DNA of 64,000 nt from Trichosphaerium sp. ATCC 40318 (Eukaryota; Protista; Tubulinea): positions 198,982-262,981 of the forward strand of contig JALMLS010000514.1 of NCBI GenBank assembly GCA_038496445.1, read 5' to 3'. The notes beneath the pieces were generated by a model that did not search any database, had not been told where the DNA came from, and saw only the letters and a program-made list of their open reading frames with translations. Below, piece after piece: positions 52,761 through 64,000 of this stretch. The translations under genes were made by a program, and so were the position numbers. The number at the start of each line of letters is the position of its first letter. Position 1 is the stretch's first letter.

Positions 52761-53701
52761 TGTGATAATTAAATAAATATAAAATAAGCGGACAATTCTA
52801 TGGGAGTTTTTGAGTGTCAAAAACTTGCCTGAATAAGGCTATCAGCCCAACACTCAAAATACCGGATCCAATAGTAAGATCCACGACATTTATAGCTGTT
52901 GAATTCATTAGAGAACCTTGAGAATAACTCTCGAGATAGGAATGAATACTGTAAGAAATAAATGAGAAAAACTATCTTGAATTCTTCTTCCACTGCTATC
53001 AAGGCATGCATTTTAAGAAGTATACAATCTTCTTAGTGCCCAAAAATTGTTAATTAACCGAGGACAGTAAGCCTTCGTAGTGATGTTTCTTCAATAAAAT
53101 AAATGGGGCGTACGTCAAACCACAAAACTAATTAAGAAGCTTAATGGACCTTACCTTGTCAGATTTCAATATCTCAAATGAAAATCCGCTTGAACTTGAC
53201 ACAGATTTTGGCTTGGGGCAAAGACCAGTAGCGCGGTACCTTTTTCAGCCTTGTATGGTTCAACAGATGAGTTTAGGATCATGTTACTTGGAGGTAGTGG
53301 CGATTGAATCAATTTACTGATGAGTACTACACAGTTTTGTACCTAGCCTAAAAAAGGAAAAATATGTAGCCTTTCTGCTAAGTCAGTACCTCATGTGACC
53401 TTTGCATGCACCTCAGGCTATACTGCATGCTGTTTATGTCATCTCACTATTGGGGATATGATAGGTTTATAGTCTATGGCTGCAGACATGAGAACGGACA
53501 GAAGCGGTGACGATCATTTACAATAAGGGGAAACGCAACATTTGGTTTACAACAGTTTTAATCAGCTGCTAGATGCTTAATTCTAAAAGAACCCTTATAT
53601 TCTGTTCTATTCTAACGCGACAAGAAAAGAACTTACAATTATTCCCTTCAGTAGGTCACAAAGGCTGTGAAACGAAAAATTATGTTGTTCAAATAATACA
53701 G

Positions 53702-55568
53702 TTATTTTGATGTTATCAATTGTTGTTCTTCATCTGATGAAGACGATGACCATTTCCATTTCAACTCTCGATCTGGTTCATCACTCTTTGTTCTTATGTT
53801 ATGAGCTGGCTCTGAAAAAATAGAAGGTTCTGAGGAACCACTTCTGTTACTGAGAACTATACTCTCCATGTGAGTACTGGCCTTAATAAAATAAGTTGTT
53901 AGTTGCTTCAGTACATGTCAGTCTATTAGTTACGTACTGTACGTATTATACGAGATGTAGGAGATGTCTGTTTTATAAAGAGTAACAGTATAAAAGCCCA
54001 TATGAATAGCATAGCACAGAATGCTCCAGCAACTTTATAGCTACCAAAAGTATCATATAAATAACCAGCTAAAGGAGGACCTCCGCCTGATGCTGTCCAA
54101 GCGAACCAAAGAAGACCAAGAACAACCAAAAACTTTTCTACATAAGTACCAATTAGATTGCGATGTTTACAACCTTCAGCCGTCATACCTGTTCCAAATA
54201 GCTCAGCGACAAAAGGAGCAACATTCGTAATCACCGACCCTGATGAGAAACCGTAAAGAATAGCAAACGTCAATAACAAAGGATATGTTTCTAACCAAGG
54301 CCATCCAGCAGTTATTACAGCCATAAAAGCAAGGCTTCCAAGTAATATACGGCTTTGTCCAATGTAATCAGCAACAAACCCAAGCGCAAGTCTACCAAAT
54401 GCTGAAGCAGCGCCCATAGCAGCAAGTAAGAATGAAGATTGAACTGTAGTCATGCCTTTATCTTCGCCATCCTGTTCAAAAAAAAGATTTAAAAAATCTT
54501 CAGTATGATGTACATATACGTACTGCTACTATGTGTGCGTAAGGCACCATGTATCCAAATGCCATTAATACAAGGGCTATGAATAAAATTATAAATCGGG
54601 AGTCCTTGAATAGTGTAATGTCTAAAGTTTTCCTAGCTTGTTTTACTCTCGGTTTTATAAATAAAGCTATTGGTATCATCAAAGCTGGTACTACTGTAAG
54701 TATCCTCAGCGCTTGACGCCATCCATACAAACGAGAGAGAAATGCTATCAAAGGCGGGTAAGCCAAGTTACCCAGACCAACGCCTAAGCATGAATAAGAC
54801 TTGAAAACGAAAAAAAGACGATCTGAAGGCCTTACCAGATTTTGCAAATCCGAAGGCAACTCCTCTGTACTTTACGAACCATTGAGGCACAGTAGAGTCT
54901 GCAATTATACCCACAGCACTTCCGCCAAAACCCATCAAAAGACCGTATGTCAGGAACATTATAGGAAGAGAAGGAGCGTATGCTGAAGCCAGAAGACCCG
55001 CTGCGGCAAATAAAGCTCCTACACACCCAATCACTCTGTAACTTGTCTTGGCAGCCAAAATCCCCCACATGGGTGTAAACGCAAATTGCTATGACGGGTC
55101 ATTTGCTGGAAAACATGAGGAGCACGAAGAAAGAAAAACTGCCTCGTTCAGCAAAAAAGGAACTTTATGTTAATTTCTTTCCTCGTGAAGCGAGGTTTTC
55201 AAGCTTTCCCGTACCATTATCATTAGTAACGTCTGTACTAGCGATACTGCAGCCCTTCCTTGATTGAATTCTTCTACAAGCAAGTATTTAGAGTTGAGAT
55301 AGCTTTAGTTTTAATCTCCGAGCGTAAAAACTTGAGTTTAGAGGTTTAGTAGAGCACGTGATAGCTATTTATCTTTTTACAGAAAATACTATTTACCAGT
55401 CATATCAGTGAGGAGTGCGCCAAAGATGTAAGCTAGGCCATATATAGAGAAATTGGAGTAAAAGCAAGTTATTAGTATAACCCAAGCGTATCCTCTGTCT
55501 GTAGGTGGTCCATTTTTTAGCGGTTGTACCTCCGTATCATCTAGGGTTGTTGTATAAGACGTGATCAT
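53702..55568 (-). CDS. MFS transporter, monocarboxylate transporter (MCT/SLC16-like) family
   Basis: PPTDRGYAWVI, QWFVKYRGVAFG, YGWRQALRI, GRLALGFVADYIG, GPPLAGYLYDTFGSY. Confidence 0.88.
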
Positions 55569-56047
55569 ACGCTATAAGTTACCAAAAAACATTTACAGTC
55601 ACGTGAATTCGTGAAATGACACTTTTCATTTTGCTATTTTTTCCGTCTTCATATGTTGAACAGTTGCTTCTACTTACCTCAGTCTTTTTGAATACACTAA
55701 GACAACGGCGAATCGCCTGCACCCATTCTTATTCTGACAAAATTGAAGCATAAATGTGATTTCGTTGTTAAACCAAGAGCAGCTTTGATGACAACCGTAC
55801 TCGCTAATTATGACTACAAAATACTTAACTACTACTAAAAAAAAGGTCAAGTGACTTGCACAAATAAATAAAGATTTTAGTGTATCTCTATCTTTGTTAA
55901 AGAGCCTATTCCTGAACACCTGCAAGAGCTGGTTGTCAGGTTACTCTTTACTATGTGCTAATGTAGTTGTTGGAGTTCAATTAAACCAAAAATAATAAAA
56001 CCACAGCACAGAGATTCGTTAAAATTGTATGTTACACGGTACGAAGA

Positions 56048-59000
56048 TTACTGTACATTTATGGCTTGTAGTCCATAAATCGCTTTGAAAACTTATCCAT
56101 TTGATTCTGAAGGCCATTTACTAGCGCTTGTAACTCACGCCGTACCCGTACTTCAGAGTCAAGTTTTGCTAGGGTTTGCTGATACTAAACAAACATCAAT
56201 TAGCATTTTTTAAAAATCACTTCAAAAAATAAAAAAGCACGTACAAGGTTTGTTAGTTCAGACGTTGTATACACTTTATTATCATCTGTTCCTATTGTAG
56301 ATTGCCTTTTAAGCGCAGCCACCTCAGCTTTTAATTGTTGATTTTCTTTAGCCATTTGTAACCTTGCTTGACGCTCCTAAAGGACAATATTAACAAAAAA
56401 GTAACTCAATTTAAAACAAAAAAAATGTATTACGTCAACCAAGGCACGCTTCATATCTCGCATCACGTTCTCTAACTGTGTTCTCGCTTGTTGCTGTTGT
56501 TGTATTTGTGCACGAAGTGAATTTACAGCTTTTCCTGTTTGTTGTTGAAGTGTTACCAATGCATTTCTGTTTCCCTGTACAGAACTTTGTAATGCTGTAA
56601 TTTCTTTGCTGTCCACGTGAGAATGACCATTTGGTTGGCTTTTTTGTGCGTGTCCGTTTGTAGCAGAAGTTAAAGTAGGGCTTTTAGGAGCTGGTGATGT
56701 CCGTCCACTCGATCTTGGAGAAGATTGATTTGACTTAGCTTGTGTAGTTTGCTTAGGACGCTGTTGCTGCTGTTCAGTCTTCTTTTGTATAGCTGGAAGC
56801 ACAGGAACAAGCATAGCAGTTCTACTAACGCTTGGAGATCCTCTAGGGGACTGCGGCTACAAAGGAAATTAGCATGGATACTCGCAAGTTGCATGTTTAA
56901 TTAGCTGTACCTTTTCTTCTCTTGGCTTTGGTGCCTCACGCCTCGCAGGTGGAGGGGTATTCTTTGGAGGCTCTGGTCTAGCGGGTGTACGTCTTGGCGA
57001 AACTGCAGGTGCAGCAAAATCGTTATCTGGGTCTGGGCCATCATCTGTGTCAACAGTATCGCTGAGTTGCTGTCTCCTAGATGCAAGAAGTGCCGCTAGA
57101 TGACTACCTCGCGCAGAAATTGCTGGACTTGAAACGGGTGATGAAGCCTTTGGCGATACAGCCTTTGGCGTAGTTGGTGTGTTTGGCAGGGCTTTTGGAG
57201 TTGCCGGTACTACCTTTGCTGGGGTGTGCTGAGTTTTGGTGCCGCTGGAGTAGGTCTTGCTGGTGGTTTACTGGCGCCTGGAGGCGGATGCATAGGTGGA
57301 GCTGGTCTCTCTCTAGCAGGCGAAAGCATAGGTTCGGGTGGAGTAGGTCCAAGTGATTCTTCACGGGTATGCTTCTTGAAAGGAACAGATGAAGCACGTG
57401 TATGTGTCTTTGGAGGCACTTTTGGCGCTGTTACAGACCTTGGAGTCTTTGGTGGAGGTGCCTTAGGTCGTGATGGAGGTACACGCTTTGGAGGAAGCGA
57501 CATTCGCCGTTTTAGAGCATCAGTACGCTTTGGTGGTGTAGCTGGTGGTCTTCTCGTTGGCATGGACTTTTTCGCTGGAACAGCAGGTGTTTTTTTGTTT
57601 GGAGGGACGCGGATGGCACCAGTTGATTGACAACGTTTAAAACTTGGCTTTTTAGCAGGTCGTTGTGGCGTAACTGATGGTTTTGGCTATTATAAAAAAA
57701 AGACGTGTGAGCTATTAATAAAAGAAAGGAGAGGTCTTAATTTTTTTTTGAGTTGACTCCCAAAAGGAATTTTCGCATAAATACAATAAGGGTCTTGTCT
57801 GTTTTTGTAATTTACGCAACAAGAAATGTCTTTTTAGATTTTTTTTGGGTTACTACACGGGTTTACCCGTAAAGATTATTGAATAGCGTACCAAATTCTC
57901 ATCTAATACTTCTACATACTGCCCTGGGAAATGACCAACATTTCCGTCAATATCTCCACGCCACCAACCTCTCTCTAATATTTTTAATACATATACTTTG
58001 TCGTCCTTTTTGAACGAAATTTCTGCCTTTGATCTTGCTGTGTAGGCGTATTTGGCACGTGTCCAGAAAGGCGGAAACTTTTTTTCAGATTTGCCTGGCA
58101 TGCTAACACCTGTTCCATTACTTTGAGAGCCAGAGTCTTCATCTGCTGAAAGATCTTTGGCTTCTTGTACGCTAAGCTCTCGAACATACAAAGCAGGGAA
58201 ATTACCAATCTTATTACTACCCAATATTGTACCAGACCACCTTTAATTTATTAATTAGACGGTAATTAACGTTAGTATAGCTACGGGAATAATGTTTTCG
58301 CGGCGTCAAAATAATTTATCCAAAAACTGCTAATGACAATTTTGTTGAAGTTGTGGTCTGGACGGCTGTTACCCAAACCATAACTTTATGCTATAAAAAA
58401 TAATAATATCCGTACCATCCATTGCCATGTCTCTTCATCACAGTTACTATTTGTCCTGGTTGTAAATCCAACTCAGTATCTTGGCGCGCCTAATACAAAT
58501 TTGTCAAAATAACAAACCAGTGACACCGAATCTTTGACCCAAAAAAAATAAAACAGCAAATAAAAACATTGTAATGAATGGCGTACCTTATAAGCGTACT
58601 GAACCTTGGCTTTAACTAATTCATCAAGTGAAGCTTCCGAAGCAGTCTCTGACCCCGAGCTAGTGCTATTGTGAGTGAGATTTGTATCACGTCAAGGATT
58701 ATATGTTTCAGAATTATTAGTGATTTTTTTATTTTTTATTTCGGCAAAAAAAGACGTCACATTGCGCTATGGCCCTATCGAAAAATCCGTACCTTCTCTC
58801 ATCTTGTTCTAATGTTGGATTCTTTATAATACGGACATAAGATGCTGGAATGTATCCGAGTGTACCTGATTAAAAAATTATTTTTGGTTTTTTTGAAAAA
58901 AGTACAAATATCTCTTGTGTACCAAAAGTTAAAACGTACCAGCTTCATTTTCTCCTGTCCACCACCCATTTTTACGCTGTTCAATCACTTTTAGCCGTTC

Positions 59001-59816
59001 ACCTTTTTCGAAGGAAAGCTGCGCTAAGAAAAAAAACAAAATTAGTTTGTGACTGCTTTTGTGCTTCTCCACGCCATCAATAATAGATCAAAGTATGTTA
59101 ACGTACCTTTAGCATTTGATTTATACGGGTACAAGGTAGTAGCGTAGACAACTAAAGTGAACAAAGTTAGTTTTGAGGATTATTAGAAAAAAGAATAAAA
59201 TTGGTCCCACTACAATTTTTTTGATTTCTGATTTCGTAAGAATGTTTAAAACAGTGATGAGTATTTGTTTTTTGGGCTAAAAGGTAATTTTGGCTTTTTT
59301 TTTTTCGAATGGCGAATTGTGCGAACCTTTTTTACGCTCTTCCTTTTCCTTCTCTTCACGTGCAATGACTTGCTGTTGTTCAGCCAACTCACGCTTCGTG
59401 ACGTTGATAGAGCGTCGCTTTTTTCTCTTGTTGGAAAATACAGCGCTACGCTCACCGGCTAGGTCGTATTTTTCTTTATTCTTGTCGCGTCGCTTTCTTT
59501 CACGACTTTTTGAGCTTCTTCGGCCTATACTCCTAGAGCGCGACTGCATACTCTCTCCGCGCCTAGAACTACGACCGCGTTCGTTATCACCTCTCTCGGC
59601 GGTGTTCAAAGAGCCGTGTTGGGGCATTTTCACCATCATACTGGGGAAAATGCCTGTTTCTCCGTTTGCTTCGCCTTTCCACCATCCGGTAGGGAATTTT
59701 TGCACTATCGTTACAACGTCCCCTTTCTGGAAGCGTAAATGGTTTTTATTCGCTGGAATATTGTCTGAGATCGCAATAGCGCGTTCCCTGATGAACTTGT
59801 AAGTTGTTAGCGTCAT
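56048..59816 (-). CDS. Triple-SH3, proline-rich, C-terminal coiled-coil adaptor (CIN85/CD2AP-like architecture)
   Basis: SH3 domains at about 59640-59790 (LRFQKGD...GWWKGE...GIFP), 58195-58620 and 57900-58070 (YAYTA...EISFKKDD...GWWRG...GHFP); PxxP/PxxxPR tracts at 56800-57690; coiled-coil tail. Confidence 0.8.
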
Positions 59817-60352
59817 AAAAATTTACTACCTTTGCATCGCTACCAGAGTCTACGTTACAGTTTTTTTGGTTCCGGTTAGTAGATGTTGATGCGAAGTTAA
59901 ACCATCGTTCGGAGGTTTGAGGGTCAAAATGGTTTTTTTCACCTAACTCTACATGAAAAATATTGACAGCCCGAGAGCACCTTAGCCCACTCACATAACC
60001 AACGACGTATGTTACTAATTAAAGACACGTGGTCTGCTATTTATTTGTAGCCTGAAGCGAAAAATGCATGCACACAATTTGTTCAGAAAATAAACTGCGA
60101 ACCGTGTGAGGATTTATTGGTATCGCTACGTATCCGAAAAAAAAAAAACCTGGAGTTGCTCTATTTTTGACTTGCGAACTACCAGTGTAACTATCCTGTA
60201 CTTGAATTACCGGTTCACGTAACCATCACGTGGGTGCAGTAGTCTCGTTTTTATTGACCACATTGGGAGCAGCGTTAGTTAAAAAAAAACCCAAAACATT
60301 TAAAAGTCAAAAATTGTACTTTGATATTAACATACCACGTACCGCCAAGTCC

Positions 60353-61587
60353 ATGGCAAATAACGAACAAGCGCCAGTACAGTAAGTTTTTGGCGGTAAT
60401 GCCTTTCGTGGCTTCGTTACGAATCTGTTGATGATCACCACGCACTAACAAGCTAAGGGGCGAACCGCAGGTTCAAACTATAACCGCGCTACAAGGAGCA
60501 GTCGAAGGCTTACAAAACACAATGACAGGAGCGTATCAGAACTTAGTAACGAATCTGTCGAGCTCTGTAAAGATGTTAGAAGCTATGAACACCACAATGG
60601 AGCAATTTCTAATTAACAGCGTCCAAACGCGTACGCGGCACCTAAAACAAAACTTGTGCGACTCAATGGGGCTGGTCAGGTTGTAAAATTGTATCAAACC
60701 GCGTAGACGAAGTAACAGACGAGTACGCTTTTGAAAACGATAAAAAAAGTGCCGTGACGCGTCACTGGGTATTAAATCAGCGTATAGGCGTGTATTACGA
60801 GTAACCATTGCAAACACATCACCATTTCCAATACCAAACGTTTCACTGGCCGTGATAGTGTCCAGTGGTTGTGATGACGATAAGATTAAACATAAAGACA
60901 TATCACAACGCCTCACAGAGGAAGTACAAGGCAAAGGTAGTCACGTATTTGTCTGGTTGTACTCGTAACTCTAAATTATTCTGTAGACCCTCTAAAACTC
61001 GCTTCCAATTGCAACACAACTAAAACAGCCAAAATTGATTTACCAGCAATGAATAGAGCACGTGACACTTTGAATATTTAAAACCAACAAAAAAACTAAC
61101 AACAAAATATTATAGTACAAGTTGGAAGTCGTAGTATCTTTTCCTTCTCCTGGTACTGGACGTACATTATCTACGCGAACATCTGGCACCATAGAGATGT
61201 ATCAACAGGTAAGTAATGCATCACAGTGTTGATTAAGGTCCGTAACAAATCGACCATGTAGATGAACGCGAGGTTTGTAAAATCTCAGGTTGATGAAACA
61301 CAAATTACAGGTGTATCTGTTCCAATGAACGCTGCTTTTCTACGCAGGCTTTTTAGAGTTCCACCTGCGAATGGATTAATGGGATACATTTTTACATTGT
61401 CTTCTAAGGTACGTGGTACATTTTTATTGAAAAAGGTAGTAGATTTGACGCGTATGCCAAGGAAGGAAATATTGTTATGGAGGCTACAAATTCAGTTGAT
61501 GATAAAACAATTTCTGTCACGTGTAAGGTTTCAGATGATAAATTAAAGGAAGCGTTCGAATTCCTAAAATCTGATGCCAGCAAGTGA
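60353..61587 (+). CDS. Hypothetical protein (about 7 exons)
   Basis: Consistent spliced ORF MANNEQAPVQ...RVTIANTSPFPIPNVSL...VSFPSPGTGRTL...FLRRLFRV...FLKSDASK*; no family recognised. Confidence 0.6.
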
Positions 61588-61979
61588 TTAAATACTAACA
61601 GAAGTCCCTGTGTTTGTTGTATTAAACAGTTTTTTTGTATTTCTTGCCTGTCTTTTTTTGAAATAATCGGTTTGGCTTCTCTACAAGCGAGAGCCGTTTT
61701 GATTCTCCAAGTAGCTAAGTATTATGGTCAACAACATATCTTGACATGTGCTACAATTAAAAACTTTGAGAGTTTATCTTACACAAGAAAACGTGATTTG
61801 CTGTATTCAACAAATGGTTTTTATTGAAACAAGTATTACTAACAATGGAAAGGTTGTTACAGCTCTTGTAGGGAAGTGGTTTAGCATAGCTGTAAGCTAG
61901 ACTTCCTTATGTACTTAAACCTGTCCAACTGTTGTAAACAAATGCACAACGCCTTTCCTTACTCTTTTATTTTTTAGAA

Positions 61980-63096
61980 TTAAACCAGCCATATCTTATT
62001 AAATTGGTCACAAATATCATAGTCTTCCTTAGTATATTTGTCTTGGATAACCACAATACCATCTTGTTTTAGCGTATCAACATAGTCAGCAGTAACATAT
62101 ATACAATCAACCAACAATAAACGTTTGACTCCACCAGAAACAAGAGGGATAATCCATTCATCTGCAACATTTGTTGATGATAGATCAATGATATGCACGC
62201 CTGCAATACTCTTCATACATGTTCCTGTTATACCCTTACAGAACTGAAGATCCAAAGTGTACTCCAGCTAGAGCTGAAACTCCCAAATCTGTAACAGAAG
62301 TATAGCTCAAATCTACTTTTTGTGCACCCGATAATGCCGATACACCTATGTCAGTCACTTTTGTCGCCGCCAGGAGTATGGTATGAACACCAGCTAATGA
62401 TGAAACTCCATCATCTGACACTTCTGTATAGCTTAAATCAATTCTATGCACACCAGCAAGTGCTGATATGCCTACATCTGTGATATAATTGCAGCCCAAT
62501 AGGCGTATGGTATGTACACCAGAAAGTGCATACAAGTCCTCATCAGTTACATTTCCAGTGTTGAAAAGAGAAATTTTAGGTATTCCAGCAAGTATTTTAA
62601 AGTCAACTTCATCTGTCGGGTATATATCCTGTAAATCTATCGACTTGAGATGTTTGATAAGAGGGACTATGTCGTCACATGTGATGCTACAATACTCTAT
62701 GTTAATGTGGTGTATACCGGAAATAGCCTCTAAGCCTGATTTTGTTATATTTTGGTTATTATACAGGGTTAAACAACGAACACCTGATATTAAAGCAAGA
62801 TCACTGTCTTTTGCTTGTTCGAAGCTGGAAAATGATATCATGGTATTTTTTAGCAGAGGGCTTTCTGAAAGGCGAGTACAACACCAAGTTGATCTAACAT
62901 AGACTTCGCCATACCCGACATGGTGCCAAACCACCTCCCATAAGCGTCTACAACTTTGAGAAACAGGGTATCGAGATTTAACATCCACAAACTCAAGTAG
63001 AAAAGCTAGTATCTCTGTGGGAATGTCCAAAAGCTCAGTGTTGTTTAATTTTGGCACAAGTGGTTTATTTGAAGTCTTCGTTCTCCTTTCCATCAC
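61980..63096 (-). CDS. Intronless F-box/LRR protein with a frameshift near 62255 (pseudogene or assembly indel)
   Basis: LLDIPTEILAFLLEFVD...VSQSCRRLW F-box; AMN1-type LRRs (LSGVHTIRLLGCNYITDVGI). The reading continues as LDLQFCKGIT in ORF 61980-62255. Confidence 0.8.
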
Positions 63097-63139
63097 CTGA
63101 ATAGCAATTGCTTTATCAATTTAATACTTGGAATTTGTT

Positions 63140-63290
63140 AGACCTGCACGTGACAAAGCCCGCTTCTTCGCAATTCGGGAAAATAATATACGAACCATCT
63201 GGAAGAACATTGACTATGGCACAGTATTTGTTACTGCGCTAGCCATCATTGGTGGTTCAAGAGAATCACAAGCAGCTAAACGGCATTGAA
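63140..63290 (+). pseudogene. Inverted relic of the adjacent F-box/LRR family
   Basis: TIWKNIDYGTVFVT...WWFKRI resembles VVWHHVGYGEVYVRSTWCCTRL of the gene at 62236-63096. Confidence 0.4.
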
Positions 63291-63368
63291 AAAGTAACCC
63301 TTCAAAAAAACGGCCTGCCTCTGACCTTCAGGAACCATTCTCACAAAAACTTGAAATGAAATAATTGT

Positions 63369-64000
63369 TTATTCAGCTACTTCTTCACCATCCTTCATTA
63401 CCCGCGCTCTTTCTAACTCACCTTCGACGGACCAGTTTTTACACTCTCCATGTTCTACATCATCCTTGTAGTGACGGAGTTCAGCAAGGTTACCATTCTG
63501 GAACCAACACCTGTACTTTCCTTGTCTCAACCCATTTTCGTCACAGAAATAATCTTCATGTCGCTGTCCTTCGCTATAATACCCTTCATACCTTCCTATA
63601 ACTTCACCATTCTTTCTTACGCATTTATGCTCTAGCTGTCCATCTTCATACCACATATAATCGTCACCTTCCTTCACACCATTTTTCTTAAAATAGAATT
63701 GGCATTTTTGTCCATTCGGCCACCAAGACTTATACTCTCCTTCCTCCTCTCCATCAACCATTTTACACTGTTGTGTTAATGTACCATTTTCTGACCAAGC
63801 TTTAAGGTCACCATGGAATTTACTATCCTTCATACTGACATCAACACGTAACTGACCATTCTCATGCCACTTTTTATATTTTCCATTTTTTTTCTCGTTC
63901 TTCATGTCGTACTCCTCATGTAGCTGACCACTTTCAAACCACTCCTTAACATGCTGAGCCTCACCATCCTTCATCAAAGTCTCCTTATGAAGCTTACCAG
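63369..64000 (-). CDS. MORN_2 (YwqK-like) repeat protein, 5' part outside the window
   Basis: Uninterrupted repeats of about 24 aa (EWFESGQL, KWHENGQL, SWWPNGQK, CWFQNGNL) running to the window edge. Confidence 0.8.
   Translation of the reverse strand, partial: GKLHKETLMKDGEAQHVKEWFESGQLHEEYDMKNEKKNGKYKKWHENGQLRVDVSMKDSKFHGDLKAWSENGTLTQQCKMVDGEEEGEYKSWWPNGQKCQFYFKKNGVKEGDDYMWYEDGQLEHKCVRKNGEVIGRYEGYYSEGQRHEDYFCDENGLRQGKYRCWFQNGNLAELRHYKDDVEHGECKNWSVEGELERARVMKDGEEVAE

Noticed and set aside
52800-53650. Intergenic stretch with short ORFs (also 45100-46400)
   Set aside because: No coherent gene model, repeat or RNA structure could be supported by eye.

Overview
AT-rich (roughly 35% GC by eye), gene-dense eukaryotic DNA with short GT-AG introns (donor often GTAHGT, CTAAC/CTGAC branch points) and the standard genetic code. 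It is probably a free-living protist, with amoebozoan-like gene content; the taxon cannot be fixed from the sequence. About 22 spliced genes can be reconstructed: coactosin, TBC/EF-hand RabGAP, secreted alpha/beta-hydrolase, RING-TRAF-like E3, PfpI/DJ-1, GRIP golgin, DnaJ, NHL protein, PA14 protein, gamma-glutamyl transpeptidase, MCT-type MFS transporter and a triple-SH3 adaptor. These are interspersed with many F-box genes and relics carrying variable C-terminal modules (MORN_2 repeats, LRR, SPRY, Cys-rich). Highlights: (1) a secreted His1-brace LPMO-like protein that I cannot place in a CAZy family, fused to a CBM6-like module; (2) a large secreted protein with about 88 hexapeptide repeats fitting a Thr-rich left-handed beta-helix, plus a GDPH domain; (3) tandem coiled-coil/F-box/MORN_2 genes with giant-virus-like architecture and a variable core; (4) an intronic tRNA-Thr(AGU) with a truncated inverted copy forming a 69-bp perfect stem; (5) strong CACGTG enrichment and fold-back introns; (6) a candidate TIR element. 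Exon boundaries were inferred by eye and no database searches were run.
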